Positions 18,903 to 28,274 of a stretch of 64,000 nt of DNA are shown here, piece by piece. The stretch spans positions 4,672,001 to 4,736,000 of the forward strand of contig OZ245002.1 of the NCBI GenBank assembly GCA_965223415.1, given 5' to 3'. Numbering within the stretch: position 1 is the first letter of the stretch; each line of letters begins with the position of its first letter. A model generated the notes under the pieces. It did no database searches. It had not been told where the DNA came from and saw nothing but the letters and a program-made list of their open reading frames with translations. Made by a program: the position numbers and the translations under genes. This DNA comes from Myxococcota bacterium. Its GTDB lineage: Bacteria; Myxococcota_A; UBA9160; UBA6930.

Positions 18903-21803
18903 TCAGGCGAGCAGGGCGAGGAGATCATCGCGGGTGATGCGGCCCGCGGCGCCGGCCTCGGACAGGGCCGCGTCGGCCAGCTTCCGTTTCTCCTCCTGGA
19001 GCGCGAGGATGCGCTCCTCCACGGTCTGCTCCGCCACCATGCGGTAGACGAAGACCGGCCGCTCCTGGCCGATGCGGTGGGCGCGATCTGCCGCCTGCTC
19101 CTCCACCGCCGGGTTCCACCAGGGGTCGAGCAGGAACACGTGATCGGCCGCGGTGAGGTTGAGGCCGGTTCCGCCGGCACGCAGCGAGATCAGGAAGACG
19201 GGCGGGCCGCCCGGCTCGGAGAAGGCGCGCACGACCGCCCCACGGTCCCGGGTCGAGCCGTCGAGCCGGGTGAAGGCCAGTCCCGCCGCGGCGAGCCGCG
19301 GCTCCACCAGGTCGAGGAGCGAGGTCCACTGGGAGAACACCAGGGCCTTGTGGCCCTCGGAGACGGCGGTCTCGAGCCGGTCCTGGAGGAGCGCGAGCTT
19401 GGCGGAGGCGTCGGCGGTCTGGCCGGGCAGCAGGCGCGGGTGGCAGCAGGCCTGGCGCAGACGCAGCAGGGCCTCGAGCGCCGCCAGCACGCTGCCGCCG
19501 CCTTCGAGCTGGCGCACCACCTCGTCCCGGGTGGCCGCACGCACCGCGTCGTAGATGGTGCGCTCCTCCTCGGAGAGCATGCAGTGGAGCACCATCTCGG
19601 TGCGGGGCGGCAGCTCCGGCGCCACGTCCGCCTTGCGCCGGCGCAGCACGAAGGGGCGCAGACGCTCGCGCAGGTGCCGGAGGGCGTCTTCGTCGCCCTG
19701 GGCGATCGGGCGCGCATAACGTTCCTCGAAGTCCCGGCGGCCCCCGAGCAGGCCGGGGTTCAGGAAGTGGAGCTGGCTCCAGAGCTCGTCGAGGCGGTTC
19801 TCTACCGGTGTGCCGGTGAGGGTGATGCGCTGGTCCGCCCGCAACGTGTAGGCGGCCTGGGCCACCTGGCTATCCGGGTTCTTGATGGCCTGGGCCTCGT
19901 CGAGGACGACCGCCGGCCAGCGGCGCCCGGCGAGGGCTTCCCGGTCGCGACGCAGGAGCGCGTAGGTGGTGAGGGTGACGTCGGCCTGGTCGTCGAGCTC
20001 GCGACCGGCGCCGTGGTAGACGGCCACCGAGAGGTTGGGGCGGAAGCGGCGGATCTCTTCCTCCCAGTTGGGCAGCAGGCTCGTCGGCGCCACCACCAGG
20101 CTGCCAGGGCCGATGGCACAAAGGGCCTGGAGCGTCTTGCCGAGGCCCATGTCGTCGGCGAGGAGGCCGCCCAGGCCGGCCTTGCGCAGGAAGGCGAGCC
20201 AGCGCACGCCTTCCTGCTGGTAGTCGCGCAGCTCGGCGCGGAGGTCCTGGGGAAGCGGGCTCTCCGGGAGGGCGTCCGGGCCTTCGAGGAGCTGGCGCAG
20301 GGGCCCCAGGGCCGCGGGGGGCGGATGGTCGAGGTCGGCGCACAGCCGGCCCAGGTCGGGCAGGGCGGCGGCGCCGACACGCCCCTCCGCGTCCCGGGCG
20401 GCCAGGAGGTCGGCGACCTGGCGGCCGAAGCGCGCCAGCCAATCGGCGGGAAGGGGAGCGAAGCCGCCGCCCTCCAGCGGAACGAGGGAGCGGCCGCCGC
20501 GCCAGGCCGCGAGCACGGTCTCGGCGGAGACCTGCCCGTCGCCGCCCGTCGGTGCGAAGTCGAGGCTCACCCGATCGTCCTCGATCGAAAGGGCCGCCTC
20601 CAGGGGGGCGGCGTGGAAGAAGCTGCGCTCGGGCTCACCGCGTACGACGGCGAGCCGGCCCATCTTCGGCACCAGCTCGAGGGCGCTCTCGGCTTCGAGC
20701 AGGGTGCGGTGGCCCGGCGTGAGCCCCAGGCTCTTGCGCAGTCGGTCGGCCAGGCGCTGCTCTTCCGCTTCGTCGCGGATCGGCACGGCGCCGCCCAGGT
20801 GGACCAGACGTCCCGCATCCACGCGGGCGGTGGGCGGATCGCCGTAGACGAGGAGCGGCAGCACCGAGAGCCGATCGCCCTCGCGCCCGGTCTCCAGCAC
20901 GAGCCGCGGCGGCACCCGCTCGGTTTCGGGCAGCGCGTCGGTCTCGATGCGCACCGGGACGCGGCGCTCGAGCTCCGGCAGCACGTCGGCCAGGAGCTCG
21001 GGCAGGGCCTCGGCGGGGAAGCGGCGGCCGCGGGCGAGCTCTTCCGCCTCGCGACCGGTCAGGCGGCTCGGCGCGAGCTCGCGGATCTCGTCGCCGCAGC
21101 GGACGAGGCCCGCGCCGAGCTGCTCGTCGATGGTGGGCTCGAGGGCGCAGACGAGCCGAAAGCCCCCGTCCTCGGCCAGCAGCCGCACGAGGGTGACGAC
21201 CGCCTCGCCGCTCGTCCGGATGGGCTCGCCGTCGAGGGACACGTCGCCGCAGCCTTCGAGGGCCGCGAGCAGGCTGCGCATGACGCCGCGGGGCATCGGG
21301 CCCGAGTGGCGGGTGCCGAGGGCGCGCTCGGCGGCGAGATCCGCCTGGGTCGGGCTCACCGGCGGGCCGTCGACGCGGCCCGTCGCCAGGGCGGTGAGAG
21401 TCGTCGTGAGGCGTTCTTCGCACTGGCCATCTACGATGGCTCGCTCGAAGGCGAGGCCGTCGCCCGTGCGGGCGAGCCGATAGGCCACCCGGCCGCCGCT
21501 CGTGCCCTCGCCGGCGGCGGGCAGCGTCTTGCCCTCGCGCTCGGCGCGCCGCAGCGCGATCACTGCCGCCGCCACGTGCTCGCAGGGATCCTCGCCTCCC
21601 GGGCAATCGCACTCCCACTCCGCGTCGCCCACGTAGAGCACGACGGTCGGGTGGATCACCCCGGCCGAGGGACGCACCCGCAGGATCAGCTCGTCCTCGT
21701 CGCCGCCCTCGCGAGTGACCGCATCGCTGCGCGCGAGCTCGACGCCCCGGGACCACGCCGCCTTCGACGCCTGCGCGCGCACCGTGTCGAAGAGCTCGTC
21801 CAC
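18903..21803 (-). CDS. SWIM zinc-finger SNF2-family helicase/ATPase
   Basis: [37 protein letters not shown]. Confidence 0.93.
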   Translation of the reverse strand: MDELFDTVRAQASKAAWSRGVELARSDAVTREGGDEDELILRVRPSAGVIHPTVVLYVGDAEWECDCPGGEDPCEHVAAAVIALRRAEREGKTLPAAGEGTSGGRVAYRLARTGDGLAFERAIVDGQCEERLTTTLTALATGRVDGPPVSPTQADLAAERALGTRHSGPMPRGVMRSLLAALEGCGDVSLDGEPIRTSGEAVVTLVRLLAEDGGFRLVCALEPTIDEQLGAGLVRCGDEIRELAPSRLTGREAEELARGRRFPAEALPELLADVLPELERRVPVRIETDALPETERVPPRLVLETGREGDRLSVLPLLVYGDPPTARVDAGRLVHLGGAVPIRDEAEEQRLADRLRKSLGLTPGHRTLLEAESALELVPKMGRLAVVRGEPERSFFHAAPLEAALSIEDDRVSLDFAPTGGDGQVSAETVLAAWRGGRSLVPLEGGGFAPLPADWLARFGRQVADLLAARDAEGRVGAAALPDLGRLCADLDHPPPAALGPLRQLLEGPDALPESPLPQDLRAELRDYQQEGVRWLAFLRKAGLGGLLADDMGLGKTLQALCAIGPGSLVVAPTSLLPNWEEEIRRFRPNLSVAVYHGAGRELDDQADVTLTTYALLRRDREALAGRRWPAVVLDEAQAIKNPDSQVAQAAYTLRADQRITLTGTPVENRLDELWSQLHFLNPGLLGGRRDFEERYARPIAQGDEDALRHLRERLRPFVLRRRKADVAPELPPRTEMVLHCMLSEEERTIYDAVRAATRDEVVRQLEGGGSVLAALEALLRLRQACCHPRLLPGQTADASAKLALLQDRLETAVSEGHKALVFSQWTSLLDLVEPRLAAAGLAFTRLDGSTRDRGAVVRAFSEPGGPPVFLISLRAGGTGLNLTAADHVFLLDPWWNPAVEEQAADRAHRIGQERPVFVYRMVAEQTVEERILALQEEKRKLADAALSEAGAAGRITRDDLLALLA

Positions 21804-21833
21804 TCCGCGAACCTAGCGGCTACGATTCGGCGC

Positions 21834-22313
21834 GTGGGCAGCTACATCACACCGGAGGGCTTCCGGAAGCTCCAGGAGGAGGCGGATCGCCTGTGGCGGG
21901 TGGAGCGGCCGCGGGTCACCCGCGAGGTCTCCGAGGCGGCCGCCCTGGGCGATCGCTCCGAGAACGCCGAGTACATCTACGGCAAGAAGCGGTTGCGGGA
22001 GATCGACCGGCGGCTTCGCTTCCTGGCCAAGCGGATGGACGAGCTCACGGTGGTCGAGCCCTCGCCGGAGCAGGAGGGGAAGGTCTTCTTCGGCGCTTTC
22101 GTCAGCGTCGAGGACGCGGAGGGCGAGACGGCCGAGTACCAGCTCGTCGGGCCGGACGAGTCCGATCCCTCGGAGGGCCGGCTCAGCATCGAGTCTCCCC
22201 TCGGCAGGGCGCTCCTCGGGCGCGAGGAAGGTGACGAGGTGCGCGTGGCGCGTCCCCGCGACGGAGGCACCGGGGTGTTCGAGGTCGTGGGCATCCGGTA
22301 CGCGGACGCGTGA
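21834..22313 (+). CDS. greB: Transcription elongation factor GreB
   Basis: YITPEG, GDRSENAEYIYGKKRLREIDRR, SPLGRALL. Confidence 0.93.
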   Translation: MGSYITPEGFRKLQEEADRLWRVERPRVTREVSEAAALGDRSENAEYIYGKKRLREIDRRLRFLAKRMDELTVVEPSPEQEGKVFFGAFVSVEDAEGETAEYQLVGPDESDPSEGRLSIESPLGRALLGREEGDEVRVARPRDGGTGVFEVVGIRYADA

Positions 22314-22843
22314 CGGGCGACGTCTGGATCTTCGGCTACGGCTCGCTCGTGTGGCGACCCTCCTTCCCGTTCCGCGAGCGGCGTCCCGCGCGGATCTCCG
22401 GCTGGAGCCGGCGCTTCTGGCAGGGCTCGACGGATCACCGGGGCGTGCCCGGCGCGCCGGGCCGGGTGGTGACCCTCGTGCGCGAGACCGACGCCGAGTG
22501 CTGGGGCGCGGCCTACTGCATCGCGTCCGGCGACGTGAGGGACGTGATGGACCACCTCGACTGGCGCGAGAAGGGGGGCTACGAGCGCGCCGACGAGCGG
22601 CTCGAGCTGCGGGATCCGGACGCCGAGACCGCCGGCATCGTCTACGTCGCCACCGAGAGCAATCCCAACTACCTCGGGCCCGCCCCGCTCCCGGAGATCG
22701 CCGATCAGGTGCGGCGCTCCCGGGGGCCGAGCGGCGCGAACCCGGAATACGTGCTGCGGCTGGCGGAGGCGCTGCGGGAGATGGGAGCGGACGATGCCCA
22801 CGTCTTCGCCCTCGAGGCGTTGGTGCGCGCGGACGGCGGCTGA
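22310..22843 (+). CDS. chaC: ChaC-family gamma-glutamylcyclotransferase
   Basis: WIFGYGSLVW, STDHRG, REKGGY, GPSGANPEY. Confidence 0.9.
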   Translation: MTGDVWIFGYGSLVWRPSFPFRERRPARISGWSRRFWQGSTDHRGVPGAPGRVVTLVRETDAECWGAAYCIASGDVRDVMDHLDWREKGGYERADERLELRDPDAETAGIVYVATESNPNYLGPAPLPEIADQVRRSRGPSGANPEYVLRLAEALREMGADDAHVFALEALVRADGG

Positions 22844-22869
22844 GTCCGCGGCGTGTCATTCTCCCCTCC

Positions 22870-24120
22870 ATGAGCGAAGCCACTCCGTTTCCCACCGGCG
22901 GCAACCCGCTCCTCGCGAATCCCCTGTTCCAGCAGAACCCGTACGCCCTCTACGGCATGCTGCGCGAGAGCAACCCGGTGTTCCGGCCCCCGGTGCCGAT
23001 CGAGACCGGCGCCGGGATCTTCGTGCTCACCCGTCACGCCGACGTGGAGGCCGCCCTGCGCGACAAGCACATGAGCGCCCAGCGCCAGCGGGCCGACGTG
23101 TTCCGGCGCTACGCGGACCAGCTCCCCGCGGCCATCCTCCAGGGCGGCCCCATCAGCGGCTCGATGCTGATCCAGGATCCGCCCGAGCACACCCGCCTCC
23201 GCGGGCTCGTGAACAAGGCCTTCACGCCACGACGCATCGAGGCGCTGCGACCGCGGATCGAAGCGCTGGTGGCGGGGCTCCTCGACGGAATCGGCGACGG
23301 AGGCGAGCTCGACGTGATCCACGATCTCGCCGAGCCGCTCCCGGCCATCGTGATCGCCGAGCTGCTCGGCGTGCCCGCCGAGGATCACCGGCGGTTCCGC
23401 CAGTGGTCGCAGACGCTGATCGACGGCCTGCCGGACTGGTCACCGGAGGGCCGCGCGCGCGCCGAGGAGACCGTGCAGGTCCTGGTCGACTACCTCGGGG
23501 GCCAGATCGACGAGCGGCGCCGCACGCCGCGGGACGACCTCCTGTCGGCCCTCATCGCGGCGCGGGACCAGCGCGATGCGCTCAGCGAGGCAGAGCTCGT
23601 CTCCACCTCCCTCCTGCTGCTCCTCGCCGGGCACGAGACGACGACGAACCTAATCGGCAACGGCACGCTGGCGTTCCTGAGGAACCCGGGCGAGTGGGAT
23701 CGGCTGCGGGCAGAGCCCGGCCTCCTGGACAACGCCGTGGAGGAGCTGCTGCGCTTCGACAGCCCGGTCCAGGCGACCGTGCGGGTGCCCACCGAGACGG
23801 TGGAGCTCGGCGGACAGGCCATCGAGCCGGGGGCCGTGGTGGTGTGCGGGATCGGCGCCGCCAATCGGGACCCGGAGGTGCATCCGGATCCGGACCGGCT
23901 CGACATCGGGCGCTCGGACATCCGCCACCTGTCCTTCGGGCTGGGCACCCACTTCTGCCTCGGCGCGTCCCTGGCCCGCCTCGAGGGGCGCGCCTTCTTC
24001 GCCGCGCTCCGCGACCGCTTCGCGAAGCTCGAGCTGGCCTGTGCCGAAGAGGAGCTCGCCTACCGGAGCAACCCGATCCTGCGGGGCCTGAAGGCCCTTC
24101 CGGTGCGCGCCGCCGCCTGA
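22870..24120 (+). CDS. Cytochrome P450
   Basis: AGHETT, EELLR, FGLGTHFCLG heme motif. Confidence 0.95.
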   Translation: MSEATPFPTGGNPLLANPLFQQNPYALYGMLRESNPVFRPPVPIETGAGIFVLTRHADVEAALRDKHMSAQRQRADVFRRYADQLPAAILQGGPISGSMLIQDPPEHTRLRGLVNKAFTPRRIEALRPRIEALVAGLLDGIGDGGELDVIHDLAEPLPAIVIAELLGVPAEDHRRFRQWSQTLIDGLPDWSPEGRARAEETVQVLVDYLGGQIDERRRTPRDDLLSALIAARDQRDALSEAELVSTSLLLLLAGHETTTNLIGNGTLAFLRNPGEWDRLRAEPGLLDNAVEELLRFDSPVQATVRVPTETVELGGQAIEPGAVVVCGIGAANRDPEVHPDPDRLDIGRSDIRHLSFGLGTHFCLGASLARLEGRAFFAALRDRFAKLELACAEEELAYRSNPILRGLKALPVRAAA

Positions 24121-24128
24121 CCGCCCTG

Positions 24129-24998
24129 CTACATGTGCGGGAGCAGGCCGATCGGGCACTCCCCCCGCGCCAGCTTCTGCGCCCGCTCGACGAGCTGGGC
24201 CTCCATGTCCTCGCGGCCGATCATGATCACGAAGTCGCCCTTCTTGATCCCCTCGATGGCGAAGCGGGCCAGCTCGTCCAGGTCCTGCACCGGCAGCTCG
24301 ATGCCCGCCTTCTTCATGCCCTCCATGAAGTCGTCGAACTTCACCTCGGTACCCGCCGGGAACTCCTTCGCGCGGGCCAGCTCCGCCGGGCGGTTGCGCC
24401 GCGTGGTCCAGATGCCGGTGTCGAGCATGCCGCCGGAGGGATAGAAGATGGCGGCCCGCAGGTTCGTGTCCTGGCCCGCGAGCTGGGCGCCGAGGCACTC
24501 GGTCAGGATGGAGACGGCGGCCTTGCTCGAGGCGTAGACCGATTGCTCCGCCAGGGGTGAGATGCCGCCGTCGCCGGAGGAGGTATTCATCACGAAGCCC
24601 TCCTCGCCGCCTTCCAGCATGCGCGGCACGAAGGCCTGGATGCCGTGCACCACGCCGCGCACATTCACGCCGTGCACCCACATCCAGTCGCTGGGCTCGG
24701 TCTCCCAGACGTTCAGATTCGCCACGCTCACGCCGGCGTTGTTGCACAGCAGGTGGCAGGCACCGTGGAGGTCGTACACCTGATCCGCGAGCGCGTTCAC
24801 CGAGGCCGGGTCGGACACGTCGGTGACGACGCCGGTCACCTCGCCGGACAGGCCGCCGATCGCGCGATCGAGGGCCGGCTTCTCCACGTCGGCGACCACC
24901 ACCTTCATGCCTTCCGCCAGGAAGGCCCGCACCAGCGCCAGGCCGATGCCGCTGGCACCGCCGGTCACCACCGCCACGCGATCGCGAAGCTCCTGCAT
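24129..24998 (-). CDS. SDR-family oxidoreductase
   Basis: TGGASGIG, NNAG, YASSK. Confidence 0.93.
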   Translation of the reverse strand: MQELRDRVAVVTGGASGIGLALVRAFLAEGMKVVVADVEKPALDRAIGGLSGEVTGVVTDVSDPASVNALADQVYDLHGACHLLCNNAGVSVANLNVWETEPSDWMWVHGVNVRGVVHGIQAFVPRMLEGGEEGFVMNTSSGDGGISPLAEQSVYASSKAAVSILTECLGAQLAGQDTNLRAAIFYPSGGMLDTGIWTTRRNRPAELARAKEFPAGTEVKFDDFMEGMKKAGIELPVQDLDELARFAIEGIKKGDFVIMIGREDMEAQLVERAQKLARGECPIGLLPHM

Positions 24999-25065
24999 AC
25001 GTCAGCTCTCCTTCGAGTTGAGCGGCCGAGGATACCGCGGGACGAGGCGACGTTCCTTCGCGCGG

Positions 25066-26511
25066 CTACGCGGTCTCCTCGGCCCTCGGCCGAAGCTCGA
25101 TGGGGCCGTCCGCGAGCTTCAGGAGCTCCTCCTGGCTCTCGCGCAGGAAGGCGACGAAGCGGGCCAGGTCGGGCACGACCTCGTAGTCGGCATTGAAGCC
25201 CCAGCACAGCCGGCCGTCGTAGCTGAACAGCGCGATGCCGAGCCCGGTGCGGTCGGTGAGGGGCACCTGCGGGTAGATCTCGTTCATCGGCGCGCCCATC
25301 ATGTAGAGGGGCACCTGGGGCCCGGGCACGTTGGTGACGACCAGGTTGAAGGGCAGCAGCCGCGAGGCGTTGCGGGCACCGAGGGAGAGCAGGGTGGCCG
25401 GCGTCCAGTCCGCCACCTGGGTGAGCGCCTCGGCGCCCACCGCGCTCTTCGACTCCTTGAGCTCCCGGGTCGAGTCCGAGATGCGCCGGAGCTGCTCGCG
25501 CGGGTCCTCGGCGTCGAGGGGCAGGGGGAGGATCCAGGCGGAGACGCGGTTGCCGAGCTTCCCGCGCTCGTCCTGGCTGCGCACGCTCACCGGGGCCAGC
25601 ACGCGGAACTCGAGGTCCTGGGTGTCGACGCGTCGGTATTGGAGGTAGCGGCGGACGGCGCCGGTGACGATCGTCAGCACCACGTCGTTCAGGGAGCCGC
25701 CGAGCTGGCTGCGCACCCGCTTCACCTCGGCCAGGTCCATCGTGTGCCAGTCGAAGCGCCGGTGGGGGCCGATCTGCTGGTTCAGCGGCGTGGAGGAGAC
25801 CGGGCGCAGGGTCGTGCCCAGGGTCTCGGCGGCGGCGCGCAGGCGGCTCGTCAGGTCGCGGCGGCGCTCGCCGACCTCCTGCCAGAGGTCGCGGGCGCCT
25901 CGCACGAGGTCGAGGGGCAGGCGCAGCCGGCGGAGCATCTCGTCCTGCAGGAGCTCCCCGTCGCTCGGGGCCGGCCGCGGCACGAAGGCCGGCGGGTCGA
26001 GCACCTCGAACTCCGGGGTGGTCTGCATGAGCACGTTCATCAGGTCGACACCGGAGACGCCGTCGATCATGCAGTGATGGGTCTTGCTGACGACGGCGAA
26101 GCGGTCGTCCTGGAGGCCCTCGATGAACCACATCTCCCACATGGGTCGGGTGCGGTCGAGGCGCTGGGCCATGATGCGCGAGGCCAGGCGCTTCAGCTGA
26201 TCATCGTCTCCGGGGCGGGGCAGGCTCGTGTGGCGGACGTGGTAGTCGAGGTTGAAGTCCGCGTCGTCGATCCAGACCGGCGACTGCTCGATGGGCACCC
26301 AGGCCAGCTTCTGCCGGTAGCGGGGAATGCGGTGCAGGATCGACTCGATGCCCTTCTTCACGAGGGTCATATCGATGCCGCCGTCCGCGGTGCGAAGGGG
26401 CCCCGCGTCGTACAGCGCCGTCGAGGAGACGTGCATGAAGGTGTTGGGGCCCTCGAGAAGGAGGAAGGAGTTGTCGAGGGCGGTCAGGCGGTCGTAGGCG
26501 TAGCGGGCCAT
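25066..26511 (-). CDS. Wax ester synthase/diacylglycerol acyltransferase
   Basis: HHCMIDG catalytic motif, TNVPGP. Confidence 0.93.
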   Translation of the reverse strand: MARYAYDRLTALDNSFLLLEGPNTFMHVSSTALYDAGPLRTADGGIDMTLVKKGIESILHRIPRYRQKLAWVPIEQSPVWIDDADFNLDYHVRHTSLPRPGDDDQLKRLASRIMAQRLDRTRPMWEMWFIEGLQDDRFAVVSKTHHCMIDGVSGVDLMNVLMQTTPEFEVLDPPAFVPRPAPSDGELLQDEMLRRLRLPLDLVRGARDLWQEVGERRRDLTSRLRAAAETLGTTLRPVSSTPLNQQIGPHRRFDWHTMDLAEVKRVRSQLGGSLNDVVLTIVTGAVRRYLQYRRVDTQDLEFRVLAPVSVRSQDERGKLGNRVSAWILPLPLDAEDPREQLRRISDSTRELKESKSAVGAEALTQVADWTPATLLSLGARNASRLLPFNLVVTNVPGPQVPLYMMGAPMNEIYPQVPLTDRTGLGIALFSYDGRLCWGFNADYEVVPDLARFVAFLRESQEELLKLADGPIELRPRAEETA

Positions 26512-26601
26512 GCGGTCTCCCTGGAGAGGTCTTGACGCGTCGCATCATAGCGGACCGAGCCGTGGCGTCCTGCGCGGAGGAGATCGTCCCCTGGGGGATC
26601 G

Positions 26602-26630
26602 TCAAGTCGCCCCCCGGTTCCTGCCGATGA
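26602..26630 (+). promoter_or_regulatory. Sigma28-like promoter motif upstream of the FHA gene
   Basis: TCAAG-N16-GCCGATGA, 7 nt before ATG. Confidence 0.5.
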
Positions 26631-26637
26631 GCTGCGC

Positions 26638-27393
26638 ATGCCGAACCTTTGCATCCACCTCCTGTGCGAGGGCCAGCTCCTGGCCGAAATTCCCTTCAGC
26701 GCCGACCGGCTCCAGGTGGGCCGGCTGGAGGAGAACGACGTCGTCGTGCCGGACCGGGCCGCGAGCCGCACCCACGCGCTCCTCGAGCGGGACGGCGAGC
26801 AGGTGTTCGTGCTCGATCTCGGCAGCCAGAACGGCATCTGGCTCGGCGAGCGACGCATCGCGGGGCGCACGCCGATCGGCCCCGAGGACGAGCTGCGCAT
26901 CGGCAGCCATCGGCTGCGGGTCGTGCCGTCGGCGTGCGCCCTCGCCGAGGACGACGAGGAAGAGCGAGACGGGGACGGCGTGGCGACCGTCATGATGCGC
27001 CCCCCGGAGGCCCCGTCCGGCGTGACGGACCTGGAGCCGGCGGGACTCGAGCCGTTCTCGATCCGCGAAGAGGACCTGGCGGGCCCGGACGACCCGTCGC
27101 CGGTGGCGGACGAGCACGTGATCGAAGCGGGCGAGGCGGACCTGTTCGGCGCTCCCCAGGTCTTCTCGTCCGAGTTCGACGAGCCGATGGCGGACGCCGT
27201 GGAGGCAGACGCCGAGGAGGCCAAGGAGCTCGAGCTCGTCCCCGTCTTCGAAGAGGTCCGGAGCGAGCCCTGGGTGCTCGAGCTCGAGGTGGATCCGGCG
27301 TCGCTGCCCGAGCCCCTGCGCCGGGCCGTCGACGAGCTGGACGAGCCGGGGGAGCTGCGTCTCAGCGTCGTGCTGCGCCGTCGCGGCGCCTAA
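26638..27393 (+). CDS. FHA-domain protein with acidic C-terminal region
   Basis: VGR, ASRTHA, DLGSQNG. Confidence 0.85.
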   Translation: MPNLCIHLLCEGQLLAEIPFSADRLQVGRLEENDVVVPDRAASRTHALLERDGEQVFVLDLGSQNGIWLGERRIAGRTPIGPEDELRIGSHRLRVVPSACALAEDDEEERDGDGVATVMMRPPEAPSGVTDLEPAGLEPFSIREEDLAGPDDPSPVADEHVIEAGEADLFGAPQVFSSEFDEPMADAVEADAEEAKELELVPVFEEVRSEPWVLELEVDPASLPEPLRRAVDELDEPGELRLSVVLRRRGA

Positions 27394-28175
27394 CGAGACT
27401 GGCTGCGCCCGCGCTCTTGGATGGCGGCACGGCGGCCTGCCACGTCGTCGGCGCTGACGCGGGTGACCTGCTCGTTGGAGACGCGCCGCTCGTAGGCGCG
27501 GCTCTCGCCGTAGGGCATCGCGTAGCCCTCGTCGATCATCCGCTTGTAGCCGCGCATGGCGTCGGGGACGCAGGACAGCATGTCGCGGGCGAGGGCCTGG
27601 CAGGTGGGCAGGAGCTCCTCGGTGGGCACGAGGCGGGCCAGCAGGCCCCAGCGCTCGGCGGTCTCTGCATCGACGAAGTTGCCGGTGAGGGACACGAGCT
27701 TGGCCCGGCCGATACCGATCATCCGGGAGAGCTTCTGGGAGAGGCCCCAGCCGGGCAGGATGCCGACCCGGGCGTGGGTGTCGGCGAAGCGGGTCTCCGG
27801 GCAGCCGATCAGCACGTCGCAGGCCAGGGCGACCTCGAAGCCGCCGGTGATCGCGAAGCCGTTGATCGCGCCGAGGATTGGCAGCGGGCAGGCCTCCATC
27901 GCCCGTACGGCGTCCTCGACCGGCGGCAGCTCGCCGGCGCCGCCCTCGGCCGGGCCGGCGCTGCCGAGCTCCTTCAGGTCGACGCCGGCCGAGAAGGCGG
28001 TGCCGGCGCCGGTGAGCACCACCGCCCCCACCTCCGGATCGTCCGACAGCGCGTCGAACGTCTCGGCAATGGCCCGCCGAAGCGCGCTGGAGAGCGCGTT
28101 GCGCGCCTCGGGCCGATTCAACGTGACGGTCGCGACACCGTCCTTCTTCTCCACGAGGATCACCGGTTCACCCAT
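27390..28175 (-). CDS. Enoyl-CoA hydratase/isomerase
   Basis: LNRPEARNAL, FSAGVDL, GGFEVALACD, PGWG. Confidence 0.92.
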   Translation of the reverse strand: MGEPVILVEKKDGVATVTLNRPEARNALSSALRRAIAETFDALSDDPEVGAVVLTGAGTAFSAGVDLKELGSAGPAEGGAGELPPVEDAVRAMEACPLPILGAINGFAITGGFEVALACDVLIGCPETRFADTHARVGILPGWGLSQKLSRMIGIGRAKLVSLTGNFVDAETAERWGLLARLVPTEELLPTCQALARDMLSCVPDAMRGYKRMIDEGYAMPYGESRAYERRVSNEQVTRVSADDVAGRRAAIQERGRSQSR

Positions 28176-28196
28176 GCCCACCAGCATACGCGATCC

Positions 28197-28266
28197 CGCA
28201 AGAGTGGGGACGTTCCTTGGAACTTGCGCAATTGCGCAAGTTGCAAGGAACGTCCCCACTCTTGCG
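28197..28266. repeat. 70-bp palindrome (one mismatch), REP-like, copy 1
   Basis: CGCAAGAGTGGGGACGTTCCTTG-G-AACTTGCGCAATTGCGCAAGTT-G-CAAGGAACGTCCCCACTCTTGCG. Confidence 0.9.
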
Positions 28267-28274
28267 TTTCCTAG

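Noticed and set aside
18480..21833. Long N-terminal extension of the 1277-aa ORF
   Set aside because: Antisense shadow of the SNF2 gene; only the greB part is credible
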